Shown here: positions 1 through 8,732 of the stretch, in pieces
Layout of the letters: each line of letters begins with the position of its first letter
Numbering within the stretch: the first letter of the stretch is position 1
NCBI GenBank assembly: GCA_049511275.1
Contig: JBEKYE010000001.1
Span: 1-45,180, forward strand
Length of the DNA stretch: 45,180 nucleotides
Source: Bryobacteraceae bacterium
Lineage (GTDB): Bacteria; Acidobacteriota; Terriglobia; Bryobacterales; Bryobacteraceae
Direction of reading: 5' to 3'
The notes under the pieces: generated by a model
Told to the model about the DNA's origin: nothing
Seen by the model: only the letters and a program-made list of their open reading frames with translations
Database searches by the model: none
Program-made: the position numbers and the translations under genes

Positions 1-752
1 ATATCGAAAACCATGGCGGCCGCGTGGTTCCGGTGGAAACCGGCGCCGACTTCCAGCCCGATATCGCCCGCATCGCCGCCGCCATCACGCCGCGCACCAA
101 GGCGCTGATTCTGAATTCGCCCAACAACCCCACCGGCGTGATTTATGGCGCCGAAGTGCTGCGCGCACTCGACCGCATCGTTCCCGAGCCCGTGCTGATC
201 ATCAGCGATGAACCGTACCGCCCGCTGACTTTCGACGGCCTCACGCCTCCGGAAACGCTGCCGCTGCTGCGCCGCGCCGTGCTGGCGTGGAGTTGGTCCA
301 AGGCCATGGCGATTCCCGGCGAGCGCATCGGCTACCTGGCCATCCCGCCGCGCCTGCCGGAAGCCGCCGAGTTGCGCAACGCCTGCACCTTCGCCAACCG
401 CATTCTCGGTTACATCAACGCGCCCGCCATCTGGCAATTAGTAGTCGCGCAGGCGCCCGACGCCGCCATCGACGTGTCCCCCTATCAGGCCCGCCGCGAT
501 CTGCTCTGCGACGCCCTGGCTTCCATGGGCTACGACGCCCCGCGCCCACAAGGCACGTTCTACGTTTTCCCCAAGACTCCCATTCCCGACGACGTTGCCT
601 TCATCCGCATATTGCAGTCCGAAGGCATCCTGGCCGTCCCCGGCGCCGGTTTCGGCCGCTCTGGCTACATGCGTCTCTCGCTGACCATTCCGCTCGATTC
701 CATCGAGCGTTCGCTCCCCGGCTTTGAGCGCGCCATTCGAAACTGCCGGTAG
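1..752 (+). CDS. Class I/II PLP-dependent aminotransferase, C-terminal part (5' end outside window)
   Basis: The reading frame is open from the window edge. The translation has NSPNNPTG and SWSKAMAIPGERIGY (the SxSK...GxRxGY PLP-lysine motif). Confidence 0.8.
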   Translation, partial: IENHGGRVVPVETGADFQPDIARIAAAITPRTKALILNSPNNPTGVIYGAEVLRALDRIVPEPVLIISDEPYRPLTFDGLTPPETLPLLRRAVLAWSWSKAMAIPGERIGYLAIPPRLPEAAELRNACTFANRILGYINAPAIWQLVVAQAPDAAIDVSPYQARRDLLCDALASMGYDAPRPQGTFYVFPKTPIPDDVAFIRILQSEGILAVPGAGFGRSGYMRLSLTIPLDSIERSLPGFERAIRNCR

Positions 753-772
753 GACAGGCCTCCTGGCCTGTC
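753..772 (+). terminator. Perfect 8-bp GC-rich hairpin (GACAGGCC-tcct-GGCCTGTC) immediately after the aminotransferase stop; no U-tract
   Basis: The inverted repeat was read directly. The stop codon TAG is at 750-752. Confidence 0.4.
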
Positions 773-849
773 ATGCCGATTGGCCGCGTCCTCCAGCGCG
801 GCTCCCGATTCGTTAAACTCGATGATCAGCGCTCGCCCGGCGACGAAGC

Positions 850-1089
850 ATGAGAGACGCAACTATGAAAAAACCTCCAACTAAGCGCCGTCCCCGCGAG
901 ATGAGAGCGGAATACGACTTTTCCGCTGGCGTTCGGGGCAAGTACGTGGAACGATACCGCCAGGGGACCAATGTAGTGCTCCTTGACCCGGAATTGGCCG
1001 ATGCATTTCCAGACTCGAAATCGGTCAATGATGCACTTCATGCGCTGGTCGCGATTGCAGGGCGAGCCGAAACCCGCAAACGTGCATGA
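850..1089 (+). CDS. Small antitoxin-like protein (EYDFSxGxRGKY motif family); no partner toxin gene visible
   Basis: 79-aa ORF. It has 'AEYDFSAGVRGKY...VVLLDPELADAFPDSKSVNDALHAL', which resembles small type II antitoxin-like proteins. Family assignment is from memory. Confidence 0.4.
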   Translation: MRDATMKKPPTKRRPREMRAEYDFSAGVRGKYVERYRQGTNVVLLDPELADAFPDSKSVNDALHALVAIAGRAETRKRA

Positions 1090-1203
1090 TCGCGGCCCTG
1101 GTCGTCGCCTGTGACGCGACAACACCGAAGGGGGCGCAGTCGCTATATACGCTGAACCAATCTCGGATTCATAGCGCACGTGGATAGCATCGCCGCCGGC
1201 CGC

Positions 1204-2844
1204 CTACCGCGTCACCACCCGTCCCGGCAGCGCGTTCGTCATCTTCCCGCCATCGATCACCGGTACTCCGTTCACCAGCACGAACTGCATCCCCTCGGAA
1301 AGCTGATTCGGATTCTCAAACGTCGCCACATCGCGAATGGTCTCCGGATCGAACACCACCACATCCGCCCACATCCCGGCCTTCAAGACGCCGCGGTCGG
1401 CAAACCGCATCCGCCCCGCCGGCAGCGCCGTGAATTTCCGGATTGCCTCTTCCAGCGTCAGCTTCTTTTCTTCCCGCACGTACTTTCGCAGAATGTGCGG
1501 AAACGCGCCATAAGCGCGCGGATGCGGATGCTCCTTGCCCAGCAGCCCGTCCGTCGCCGTTCCCTGCGAATCGTTGCAGACCGAAACCCAGGGCTGCTGC
1601 AAGGCCAGCGCCACGTCCGGCTCCGACATCAGGAAAAACGCCACCTGGGTGAAGGCTTCATCCTCGATCAGCAGATCGAAAACCGTGTCGATGGGATCTT
1701 TGTTCCACAGTTTCGCGATCTCCGCGATGGTCTTTCCCTGCAGCGGCAGTAATTTCGGATTCTGCACCGCGCCCACAATGAAAGCTTCCGGCCCGCTCAC
1801 CTGCTGCCATTCGTTGTTCCAATCGCCGCCCGGCGTCTCCATCTCCTTGCGGATGCGCGCGCGCTGCTCCGGGTCCTTCAGCCGTTCGATCAGCTTCTTG
1901 TCGCCGCCATCGTGCGCCCAGGGCGGAATGACGGCCGAAAAAGAGTTGAACGCGGCTGTGTACGCGTAGGTGTCCGCGGCCACATCCACTCCCGATTTCC
2001 GCGCGGCTTCGATGTGCCCCGCAATCTCCGCCATCCGTCCCCAGTTCGATTTGCCGGCCGCCTTGAGGTGCCAGATCTCCACCGGAATGTTCGCTTCCCG
2101 CCCGATGCGAAAGGCCTCATCCAGCGCCCTGATGATGCCATTCCCTTCATCGCGGATGTGCGAAGCGTAAATGCCGCCCGACTTGCCCGCTTCCGCCGCC
2201 AGCGCGATCAATTCCTCCGTGGTGGCGTACGGCGCCGGCGCGTATTGCAGCGATGTCGACAGCCCCACCGCGCCTTCCCGCATGGCGTCCCGCACCAGCG
2301 CCTTCATGCGCTCCAGTTCCACCGCCGTGGGCGCGCGGTTGTCTTCGCCCACCACCACGCGCCGCACTTGCGTTGCTCCCACATAGCTCGCCAGGTTGAT
2401 TCCCATCCCCTGCTTCCGCAGGCGCGCGAAGTACTCGCCGAACCTCCGCCACGTCGGCTGAATGCCGTAGTGCTCCCAGGAAACGTGGTCCAGCTTGACG
2501 ACCGCGTCGTTCAGCGGCGCGATCGACCCGCCTTCCCCGGTCACCTCCGTGGTGATGCCCTGGTAGATCTTCGAGGGCAGGTGCGGGTTCACCAGGATGC
2601 TGGTTTCCGACTGCCCCAGCATGTCGATAAATCCAGGCGCCACCACCATGCCGCGGGCGTCGATGCTGCGGCGCGCCGGCTGCCCTTCCAGATGCCCTAC
2701 CGCGGCGATCCTGCCGGCCCGGATCCCCACGTCCCCCGCGTACCACGGTGAGCCCGTGCCGTCGATGATGCGCCCATTGCGAATCACTATGTCGTATGGA
2801 TTGGCCGCGGCGGCGAACAACAGAATCGGAAGCAGAAATGTCAT
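1204..2844 (-). CDS. N-acyl-D-amino-acid deacylase (D-aminoacylase) family amidohydrolase with N-terminal signal-like segment
   Basis: 546 aa. N-terminus 'YDIVIRNGRIIDGTGSPWYAGDVGIRAGRIAAVG' is typical of D-aminoacylases. A hydrophobic leader is present. Confidence 0.8.
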   Translation of the reverse strand: MTFLLPILLFAAAANPYDIVIRNGRIIDGTGSPWYAGDVGIRAGRIAAVGHLEGQPARRSIDARGMVVAPGFIDMLGQSETSILVNPHLPSKIYQGITTEVTGEGGSIAPLNDAVVKLDHVSWEHYGIQPTWRRFGEYFARLRKQGMGINLASYVGATQVRRVVVGEDNRAPTAVELERMKALVRDAMREGAVGLSTSLQYAPAPYATTEELIALAAEAGKSGGIYASHIRDEGNGIIRALDEAFRIGREANIPVEIWHLKAAGKSNWGRMAEIAGHIEAARKSGVDVAADTYAYTAAFNSFSAVIPPWAHDGGDKKLIERLKDPEQRARIRKEMETPGGDWNNEWQQVSGPEAFIVGAVQNPKLLPLQGKTIAEIAKLWNKDPIDTVFDLLIEDEAFTQVAFFLMSEPDVALALQQPWVSVCNDSQGTATDGLLGKEHPHPRAYGAFPHILRKYVREEKKLTLEEAIRKFTALPAGRMRFADRGVLKAGMWADVVVFDPETIRDVATFENPNQLSEGMQFVLVNGVPVIDGGKMTNALPGRVVTR

Positions 2845-3356
2845 GGTGTGATGTTACCAGCGGCACTCAAGGTCAAGGGAAAGTCGTGCATGATCCAGAT
2901 CCGTTGTGGAAGAGTTTCGGGAATTGGAACGTGACGCGCGGCGCTGGCCCGCTCCATGGCGTCCTCCGGAGAGACTCCACGAGCCACCAAAAGGCCTGCC
3001 GCGATCAATCCCGATCGGCCGATTCCCTGCCGGCAGTGCACCACGAGATTCTTGCCCCCGGCCAACTCGGCATCCAGTTGCTGAATGAGGCGCATCGCTT
3101 CCGACTGGGAAGGCACACTGCGGTCAACGATGGGAAAAGGGCGGAAGGAGAGTCCGTTGTCCAGGCAGAGTTTCCCTTCCGCCTCGAGATCGAGGGACTC
3201 CTCCTCATCCGGGGTAATCAGTGAAACCACCGTATCAATCCCGTCCCTGCTCCAGCCCCTTAGTTCGTCCTCGAGCCAGTCCCCTCCCCGCGGGCGCGCG
3301 GATATGGCCAGCCTCCCGGGCCACGGTCCTTCAATCCAGTACAGTTCGGTGTGCAC
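2841..3356 (-). CDS. Dual-specificity / protein-tyrosine phosphatase-like protein
   Basis: 171 aa with the CX5R active-site loop 'HCRQGIGRS'. A 4-nt ATGA overlap joins it to the downstream D-aminoacylase gene. Confidence 0.75.
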   Translation of the reverse strand: MHTELYWIEGPWPGRLAISARPRGGDWLEDELRGWSRDGIDTVVSLITPDEEESLDLEAEGKLCLDNGLSFRPFPIVDRSVPSQSEAMRLIQQLDAELAGGKNLVVHCRQGIGRSGLIAAGLLVARGVSPEDAMERASAARHVPIPETLPQRIWIMHDFPLTLSAAGNITP

Positions 3357-3365
3357 TTGAGTCTC

Positions 3366-3617
3366 TCACTCTTCCCATTCGGGCTTCCTGACAATATCTC
3401 TTGGCAGCGCGTCCACGTCAAAGCCTCGCGCGCGCAAAATATGAATTCGGTGATGGCCCTCCAACAGGGTTCCATCGGGCCGCGCTTTCAAGCAGTTTTT
3501 CTCGCCGGGCAAGAGCGAGCGCATGAGTTTGTCCGTTGTGAGACGGTCGAGCTGGCCCGACTTCACTTTGTTAAGCGACGCATCCGAATGAAGAGGCCGT
3601 AAGGGGGGCAGCGGCAT
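3366..3617 (-). CDS. Small hypothetical protein with ParB/sulfiredoxin-like 'DGTLLEGHHRIHILR' motif
   Basis: The track ORF is 3366..3695. I chose the internal Met at 3617 because the longer form would overlap the divergent gene start at 3676. The motif resembles the DGxHR of ParB/Srx-fold domains. Confidence 0.35.
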   Translation of the reverse strand: MPLPPLRPLHSDASLNKVKSGQLDRLTTDKLMRSLLPGEKNCLKARPDGTLLEGHHRIHILRARGFDVDALPRDIVRKPEWEE

Positions 3618-3675
3618 CGGCTCACCGCAACCAGTATAGTCCGCCCGCCCGTGTTTTACGGTACCCTGATACCTC

Positions 3676-4287
3676 ATGCCCCAGAACGCATTCACCGCCA
3701 GTGAACGCGCGGTCTTCCGCCGCTTGCAGTCTCCCGAAAAGATCCAGCGATTCCTCGACGACCTCGGCTACAACCAGGAACCGCACGGCCACACCTGCCG
3801 CTCGCCGCGCAGCGTCCTCAGGGACCGCACCGCCCACTGCATCGAGGGCGCCCTGTTCGCCGCCGCCGCTCTGCGCATGATGGGCGACCCACCCCTGTTG
3901 CTCGACTTCGAAGCCGTCCGCGACGACGATCACGTGCTCGCCGTCTTCCGCCGTTTCGGGCATTGGGGCGCGCTGGCGAAATCCAACTTCGCGGGACTCC
4001 GTTTCCGCGAGCCGGTATACCGCACGCTGCGCGAGTTGGCGATGTCCTACTTCGAGCACTACTTCAATCTCCGCAAGGAAAAGACCCTCAGAAACTACTC
4101 CCGCCCCGTCAACCTGCGGCGTTTCGATTCGATCCACTGGATGACGGCGGAGAAAGACGTCTGGGAAGTGCCCGAATACCTGTGCGAGGTCCGGCATACG
4201 CCGCTCCTGCCCGCGCGGTTGGTGCCCCGCCTGGGACGCGTGGATGACCGCCTGTTCGCCGCCGGCCTGCTCGGCAGGCACGCTTAG
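3676..4287 (+). CDS. Conserved hypothetical protein, transglutaminase-like Cys/His (papain-fold) signature
   Basis: 203 aa. It has 'RSPRSVLRDRTAHCIEGALFAAAALRMMGDPP' followed by 'DDDHVLAV', which matches the transglutaminase-like core pattern by eye. Confidence 0.5.
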   Translation: MPQNAFTASERAVFRRLQSPEKIQRFLDDLGYNQEPHGHTCRSPRSVLRDRTAHCIEGALFAAAALRMMGDPPLLLDFEAVRDDDHVLAVFRRFGHWGALAKSNFAGLRFREPVYRTLRELAMSYFEHYFNLRKEKTLRNYSRPVNLRRFDSIHWMTAEKDVWEVPEYLCEVRHTPLLPARLVPRLGRVDDRLFAAGLLGRHA

Positions 4288-4344
4288 ACCAGAGTATTAC
4301 AGGTTGTCTGAATCTTCCGCCGCTCGGAAGATTTCATTGCCCTC

Positions 4345-4395
4345 GTGGCGCGCGCACTCGTGCGTGCCGCGTCGACGCTCTTTGTCGACGCCCGG
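4345..4395 (+). repeat. Family-A GC-rich intergenic repeat, copy A1 (core GCACTCGTGCGTGCCGCGTCGA + GTCGAC hairpin)
   Basis: It shares a near-identical core of about 22 nt with copies at 14665, 38151 and (inverted) 38233. It lies between convergent genes. Confidence 0.7.
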
Positions 4396-4418
4396 CGGCA
4401 TCTCGGTCGAACCTGCCG

Positions 4419-5066
4419 CTAGCCCGCCCTGCGCCGTTCCCTGACCGCGTGAATCGCGGTCGGCAGCAGCGAGAGGCAAATGATCGCCAGTATCACCGCA
4501 TCGAAATGGTCGTGCACGAACGGCTTTTTGCCCAGCGCATATCCCAGCATGGTCAGCAGAAACACCGAACCGATGCCCCCGCAGACGCTGAACGGCAGGA
4601 ACCGCAGGTACGGCATCTGCCCCACGCCCGCCATGAAAGCCGCGAAGCTCCGCACAATGGGCAGGAACCGCGCGAACAGAATGGTCTTGCCGCCATACCG
4701 CTCGTAAAAGGCCTTGGTGCGGGCGACGTACTCCTGTTTGAAAAACAGCGAGTCCTTGCGCGTGAAGATCCGCGGGCCGGTCTGCCGGCCCAGCCAGTAT
4801 CCCGTGGAATCGCCCAGCATTGCCCCCAGCATGAGCACGGCGTTCACGGCGAAGATGTTCAACTGCCCGGCGCCGGCCACCACGCCCACGGTGAACAGCA
4901 GGGAATCGCCCGGCACCACGATCCCCACCAGCAAGCCGGTTTCCGAAAACACCAACCCAAACAGCACGGCGTAACCCAGCCAGCCGGATAACAGCGTCGC
5001 CAGCAGATGGATCAACCGGTCCGGGTTCGTCAGCGACAGTAGAAAATCGAGAATGGCGCGGATCAT
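4419..5066 (-). CDS. DedA / SNARE-associated family membrane protein
   Basis: 215 aa and multi-TM. 'VFSETGLLVGIVVPGDSLLF' is the characteristic DedA motif. Confidence 0.85.
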   Translation of the reverse strand: MIRAILDFLLSLTNPDRLIHLLATLLSGWLGYAVLFGLVFSETGLLVGIVVPGDSLLFTVGVVAGAGQLNIFAVNAVLMLGAMLGDSTGYWLGRQTGPRIFTRKDSLFFKQEYVARTKAFYERYGGKTILFARFLPIVRSFAAFMAGVGQMPYLRFLPFSVCGGIGSVFLLTMLGYALGKKPFVHDHFDAVILAIICLSLLPTAIHAVRERRRAG

Positions 5067-5069
5067 TCG

Positions 5070-7001
5070 CTAGCCGCGGAAGCTGCTGATGATCCGGTTG
5101 ACGACATCCTGGTGCACTTTCAGCTTGCCTTGCCGCTCCAGTTCGTCCACCAGGCCGTCCTGAAACATGTTGCCCCGGACGCGCGCTTTTTGCACCTTGA
5201 GTTCCTCGCGAATCTTGTCCCGCTGTTCCGGCAGTTGGCCCATGTCCGCCGGGACGTGTTCCATCACCTTCACCACCATGGTGGCCTCCGGCATGGGGAT
5301 CGGATTCATGATGGTCCCATCGGGCTTCGGGAACCCGTCGTCGATGTAGGTGGCCGATCCGAATCCCTCGATGGTGGCTTGGCGCTTGAAGGGCGCGCTG
5401 GTCGTGGCTTCCAGACCCATGGCCTTGGCCGCCTTGGCCAGATCGCCGCTGGCCTGGGCCGCGGCCACCAGTTGCTTGGCGCGCTCTTGCACCATGTTGG
5501 TCAGATTCTGAGCGCTCATTACTTGCCGGATCTGCCCCTTGACCTCCTCCAGCGTGGCGGGCCGCGCGGGAATGATGTCCGTCACTTCGGCCAGCGCCAG
5601 TTTACTGGCCCCCAGGGGCACAACTTGCGAGACCTCACCCTTCTTCAGGGCGGCGATTGCCTGGTCGAAATCGGAATTGCTCCCCACTTCCGGCAACGGC
5701 CTGCCTGCTTCGACGCCGTCGGCGCGCACCAGTTGCATTCCCAAATCGGCCGCCACTTTCTCCGGGTGCGTCGGGTCCTTTTGCAAAGCCGCCTGTGCCG
5801 TGTCTTCCACCTGCTGCATCTTCTGGCCGGCCTGCAGTTGTTTCCAGCTCTTGCTCAACTCGTCCTTCACTTCGGCGAACGGCTTCACCCGCGCGTCTTC
5901 GTGCGCCTGCACCTGGATGATGTGGTAACCGTACTGCGTTTTCACCAGGTCGCTGATCACGCCCGGTTTCAGGGAGAAGGTCGCCTTTTCGAATTCCGGC
6001 ACCATCTGTCCGCGCGTCACCCATCCCAGGTCTCCGCCCTTCGCGGCCGACCCGGTGTCGTCGGAATTCTTTTTCGCCATTTCGGCGAAATCCGCGCCGG
6101 CTCGGAGTTGCTTCAGAATATCCTCGGCCTTGGCCTTGATTTTCGGCTCATCCGAAGCCGGCTTTCCTTGCGTCATCAACAGGATGTGCCGGGCCTGCAC
6201 GCGTTCCGGCATGCGGAAGTTGGCCAGGTTCTGGTTGTACGCCGTCATCAAATCGGCGTCCGAAGGATTCAGGCTCGCCTCGATCTTGGCCTGGTCCGCC
6301 ACCAGGACCACCAGGTTCTTTTTCGCCGCAATGGTATAGCGCGCAGAATTCGTCTTGTAATTCGCGATCACTTGTTCCTCGGTGGGCTCCGCTTCCTTCT
6401 TGTACTTGTCCACCGGTATTTTCACGAACTGAATCTTCAACAACTCGTTCTTCTTGCGGTATTCGCTTTCGATCTCGAGGGGCGTCACAATGGTCCCCTC
6501 CAGCGCCACTTGGCGCAGCCGCGCAATCAGCATGTCCCGCTTCAGATTGCCTTCGAACTGCTCGATGGTCGTGCCTTCCTGCGCCAGCATGGCCGCGTAG
6601 ACATCCTTGCCGACGAACTTGCCTTCCGGAAACAGGCCGGCGTAGTTCTGGCGAAGCGCGTCGGCCACGTCCTGGTCCGTCACTTGCAGCCCCAGGCGGT
6701 CGGCCTCATAAGCCATGGCGTGCTCGGTGATGATCTCGCTGATCATTTCCGGCACGTAGTTCGGCAGCACTTCCGCCGGAAGTTGGCGGCCCTTGGTCAG
6801 GTTTTGGATGGTGCGCCGCACCTCCGTTTCGGTGACCGTCTCCTTGCCGATTTGGGCCACAACCGTGTCGTTGGAGCCGGAATTCCGGTCGTAATTCGGT
6901 ACCAGATACAGCAGCATGGACGCCGACACCATCAGCAGGAGTGCCACCATGCCGAACTTCTTGAGTTTTTCTCGATTGCCAAGCCTAAACAGATCAAACA
7001 T
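5070..7001 (-). CDS. ppiD: PpiD-like periplasmic chaperone / parvulin-type peptidyl-prolyl isomerase
   Basis: 643 aa. It has an N-terminal membrane anchor, a SurA-N-like region and a parvulin domain ('ARHILL...GGDLGWVTRGQMVPEF...YGYHIIQV'). Confidence 0.75.
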   Translation of the reverse strand: MFDLFRLGNREKLKKFGMVALLLMVSASMLLYLVPNYDRNSGSNDTVVAQIGKETVTETEVRRTIQNLTKGRQLPAEVLPNYVPEMISEIITEHAMAYEADRLGLQVTDQDVADALRQNYAGLFPEGKFVGKDVYAAMLAQEGTTIEQFEGNLKRDMLIARLRQVALEGTIVTPLEIESEYRKKNELLKIQFVKIPVDKYKKEAEPTEEQVIANYKTNSARYTIAAKKNLVVLVADQAKIEASLNPSDADLMTAYNQNLANFRMPERVQARHILLMTQGKPASDEPKIKAKAEDILKQLRAGADFAEMAKKNSDDTGSAAKGGDLGWVTRGQMVPEFEKATFSLKPGVISDLVKTQYGYHIIQVQAHEDARVKPFAEVKDELSKSWKQLQAGQKMQQVEDTAQAALQKDPTHPEKVAADLGMQLVRADGVEAGRPLPEVGSNSDFDQAIAALKKGEVSQVVPLGASKLALAEVTDIIPARPATLEEVKGQIRQVMSAQNLTNMVQERAKQLVAAAQASGDLAKAAKAMGLEATTSAPFKRQATIEGFGSATYIDDGFPKPDGTIMNPIPMPEATMVVKVMEHVPADMGQLPEQRDKIREELKVQKARVRGNMFQDGLVDELERQGKLKVHQDVVNRIISSFRG

Positions 7002-7097
7002 GGATGCCGGAAACTCCTGTCTTCAAAAGGGGAATAACCAGTATAGCGAAAGGCGTTCCCGTGGGGGCGAACTCGCTCGCCCGCGAGGTTCTGGAGG

Positions 7098-7135
7098 GCG
7101 GACCCCCTGGTCCGCGCGGGACGCCCTCGTCCCGC
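7098..7135 (-). terminator. Two abutting GC-rich hairpins with identical tetraloops, downstream of lysC
   Basis: GCGGACC-ccct-GGTCCGC (7098-7115) and GCGGGACG-ccct-CGTCCCGC (7116-7135). They lie 59-96 nt past the lysC stop. There is no U-tract. Confidence 0.35.
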
Positions 7136-7193
7136 TGCCGGCGCCACGATATCAGCTCCCTGCCATGCCAGCAGGCCGCCGGGGCGCCCGGCG

Positions 7194-8654
7194 CTACTGC
7201 CCCTTCTTCGGCGAAAAGGGAAACACCGGCACCGGCGGGCGGTTTCCCAATCCGCATTCGGCGTGCACCGCGCGCACCGCCTTTTCCAGGCCGTCGCGCC
7301 GCACCACCACCGCGATGGTCAGCTCGCTCGACCCTTGCGCGATGGCGATTACGTTCACCTGCACCCGCGAAATCGCCGTGAAAATGCGCCCCGCCAGGCC
7401 GGCCTTTCCTTGCATGCCTTCGCCTACCGCCGCCAGCAATCCGACGTTCCGGTCCACCTTCGCTGGTTCCAGGTAGTGGTGTGCGAACTCCAGCGCCAGC
7501 GCCGCTTCCAGCGCTTCGAGCGTGCGCTCCAGTTCGTCCTCGCGCACCAGGAAGCAAAAATTCTGCCGGTAACTCGAGCTGGAAAGCAGCAGCACTTCCA
7601 CGTTGGCCCGTGCTACCGCGTCAAGCGCCCGCGCCATCACCTGCACGCCGTTCAGCTCCGGGCTGCCCGGTTCCAGCGACACCAGGGCCACGTTCCCCAT
7701 GGACGCCACGGCCCGCGTGCCGCCGGGCACGTCGGAAACCGACGGCGCGATTCGCGTCCCGGGCTTCTCCGCCGCAAAACTGTTCTTGCTCCACACCGGG
7801 ATCTTTTTCTCCACCAGCGGCGCCAGCGTCCGCGGGTGCAGGACTTTGGCCCCGTTATACGCCAGCTCCGCCGCCTCCGCGTACGTGATTTGCGGCAACA
7901 CCTGGGCATCCGGCACCAGCCGCGGGTCGGCGCTCATGATTCCATCCACGTCGGTCCAGATCCACAGCTCCGCCGCGTCCAGCGCCGCCGCCAGAATCGA
8001 CGCCGAAAAATCCGATCCGCCCCGCCCCAGCGTGGTCGCCCGCCCGTCGGCCGTCGCCCCGTTGAAGCCCGTCACCACCGGCAGCCTTCCCTGCTCGAGC
8101 ACCGGCAGCAGCCGCGCGCGCGCTTTCGCCGTGGTCGGCTCCATCAGCGGCGATGCGTTCCCGAACATCGCGTCCGTCACCACCGCTTCGCGTGCATTCA
8201 CCGCTTCGGCGGGCGTGCCGCACCCCGAAAGGTATTCCGCCATCAACGTCGCGGAGAGCCATTCCCCCGTGACCACGGCCTCATCCACCGAGCGCGGCGG
8301 CCGCTCGCCCAGCATCGCCATGCCGTTCACGATCCGCTCGAATTCTCCGATCAGCTCGCCGATCCGCGCCTCCACCGCCGCCCGCTTCTCCGCCGGCAGC
8401 AACTCCCGGCAGGTCTCCTCGTGCCGCCGGCGCAGCGCCGCCAGGCTCGCGGCCACGGCCGCGCCGTTGCCCGCTTCCGCCTGCCGCATGGTGTCCAGCA
8501 GAAGATCCGTGATCTTCGACATCGCCGACACCACCACCACTACCGGCCGCTTCTTCTGTTCCTCGGCCGCCAGGCGCGACGCTACCTTCATCCGTTCGGC
8601 CGAGCCCATGCTCGTCCCGCCGAATTTCATGACCAGTAAGTTCTTCAAAGGCAA
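7194..8654 (-). CDS. lysC: Aspartate kinase with C-terminal ACT domains
   Basis: 'LVMKFGGTSMGSAERM', a typical aspartokinase core, and a C-terminal regulatory region. The track start at 8654 is TTG. TTG at 8648 or ATG at 8630 are alternative starts. Confidence 0.9.
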   Translation of the reverse strand: MPLKNLLVMKFGGTSMGSAERMKVASRLAAEEQKKRPVVVVVSAMSKITDLLLDTMRQAEAGNGAAVAASLAALRRRHEETCRELLPAEKRAAVEARIGELIGEFERIVNGMAMLGERPPRSVDEAVVTGEWLSATLMAEYLSGCGTPAEAVNAREAVVTDAMFGNASPLMEPTTAKARARLLPVLEQGRLPVVTGFNGATADGRATTLGRGGSDFSASILAAALDAAELWIWTDVDGIMSADPRLVPDAQVLPQITYAEAAELAYNGAKVLHPRTLAPLVEKKIPVWSKNSFAAEKPGTRIAPSVSDVPGGTRAVASMGNVALVSLEPGSPELNGVQVMARALDAVARANVEVLLLSSSSYRQNFCFLVREDELERTLEALEAALALEFAHHYLEPAKVDRNVGLLAAVGEGMQGKAGLAGRIFTAISRVQVNVIAIAQGSSELTIAVVVRRDGLEKAVRAVHAECGLGNRPPVPVFPFSPKKGQ

Positions 8655-8664
8655 AACCTCTTGA

Positions 8665-8732
8665 GGAGTCAGAAGTCAGAAGCTCGCGGCCGCCCACCCT
8701 ATTCTGACTTCTGACTTTTGACTTCTGACTCC
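8665..8732 (-). repeat. Heptamer tandem repeat (TTCTGAC x4 on + strand) plus inverted copies forming an ~18-bp stem across the cmk 3' end and the cmk-lysC spacer
   Basis: 8665-8682 pairs with 8715-8732 at 17/18 positions by hand. 8702-8729 is four tandem 7-mers that encode the cmk C-terminus ...SEVKSQKSE. Confidence 0.6.

Noticed and set aside
5112-7037. Very long antisense ORFs opposite real genes. Examples are 5112-7037 (+), 11516-13753 (-), 20837-22213 (+), 23845-25098 (+), 25818-26981 (+), 27080-28579 (-), 33794-35434 (+) and 7263-8639 (+).
   Set aside because: Their translations are Arg/Gly/Pro/His-rich and low-complexity with no recognisable motifs. Each overlaps a strongly supported gene on the other strand. 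This is the typical stop-codon-poor artefact of GC-rich DNA.
8655-8698. Lysine (L-box) riboswitch upstream of lysC.
   Set aside because: The cmk-lysC spacer is only about 45 nt and is occupied by the heptamer hairpin. That is far too short for an L-box.
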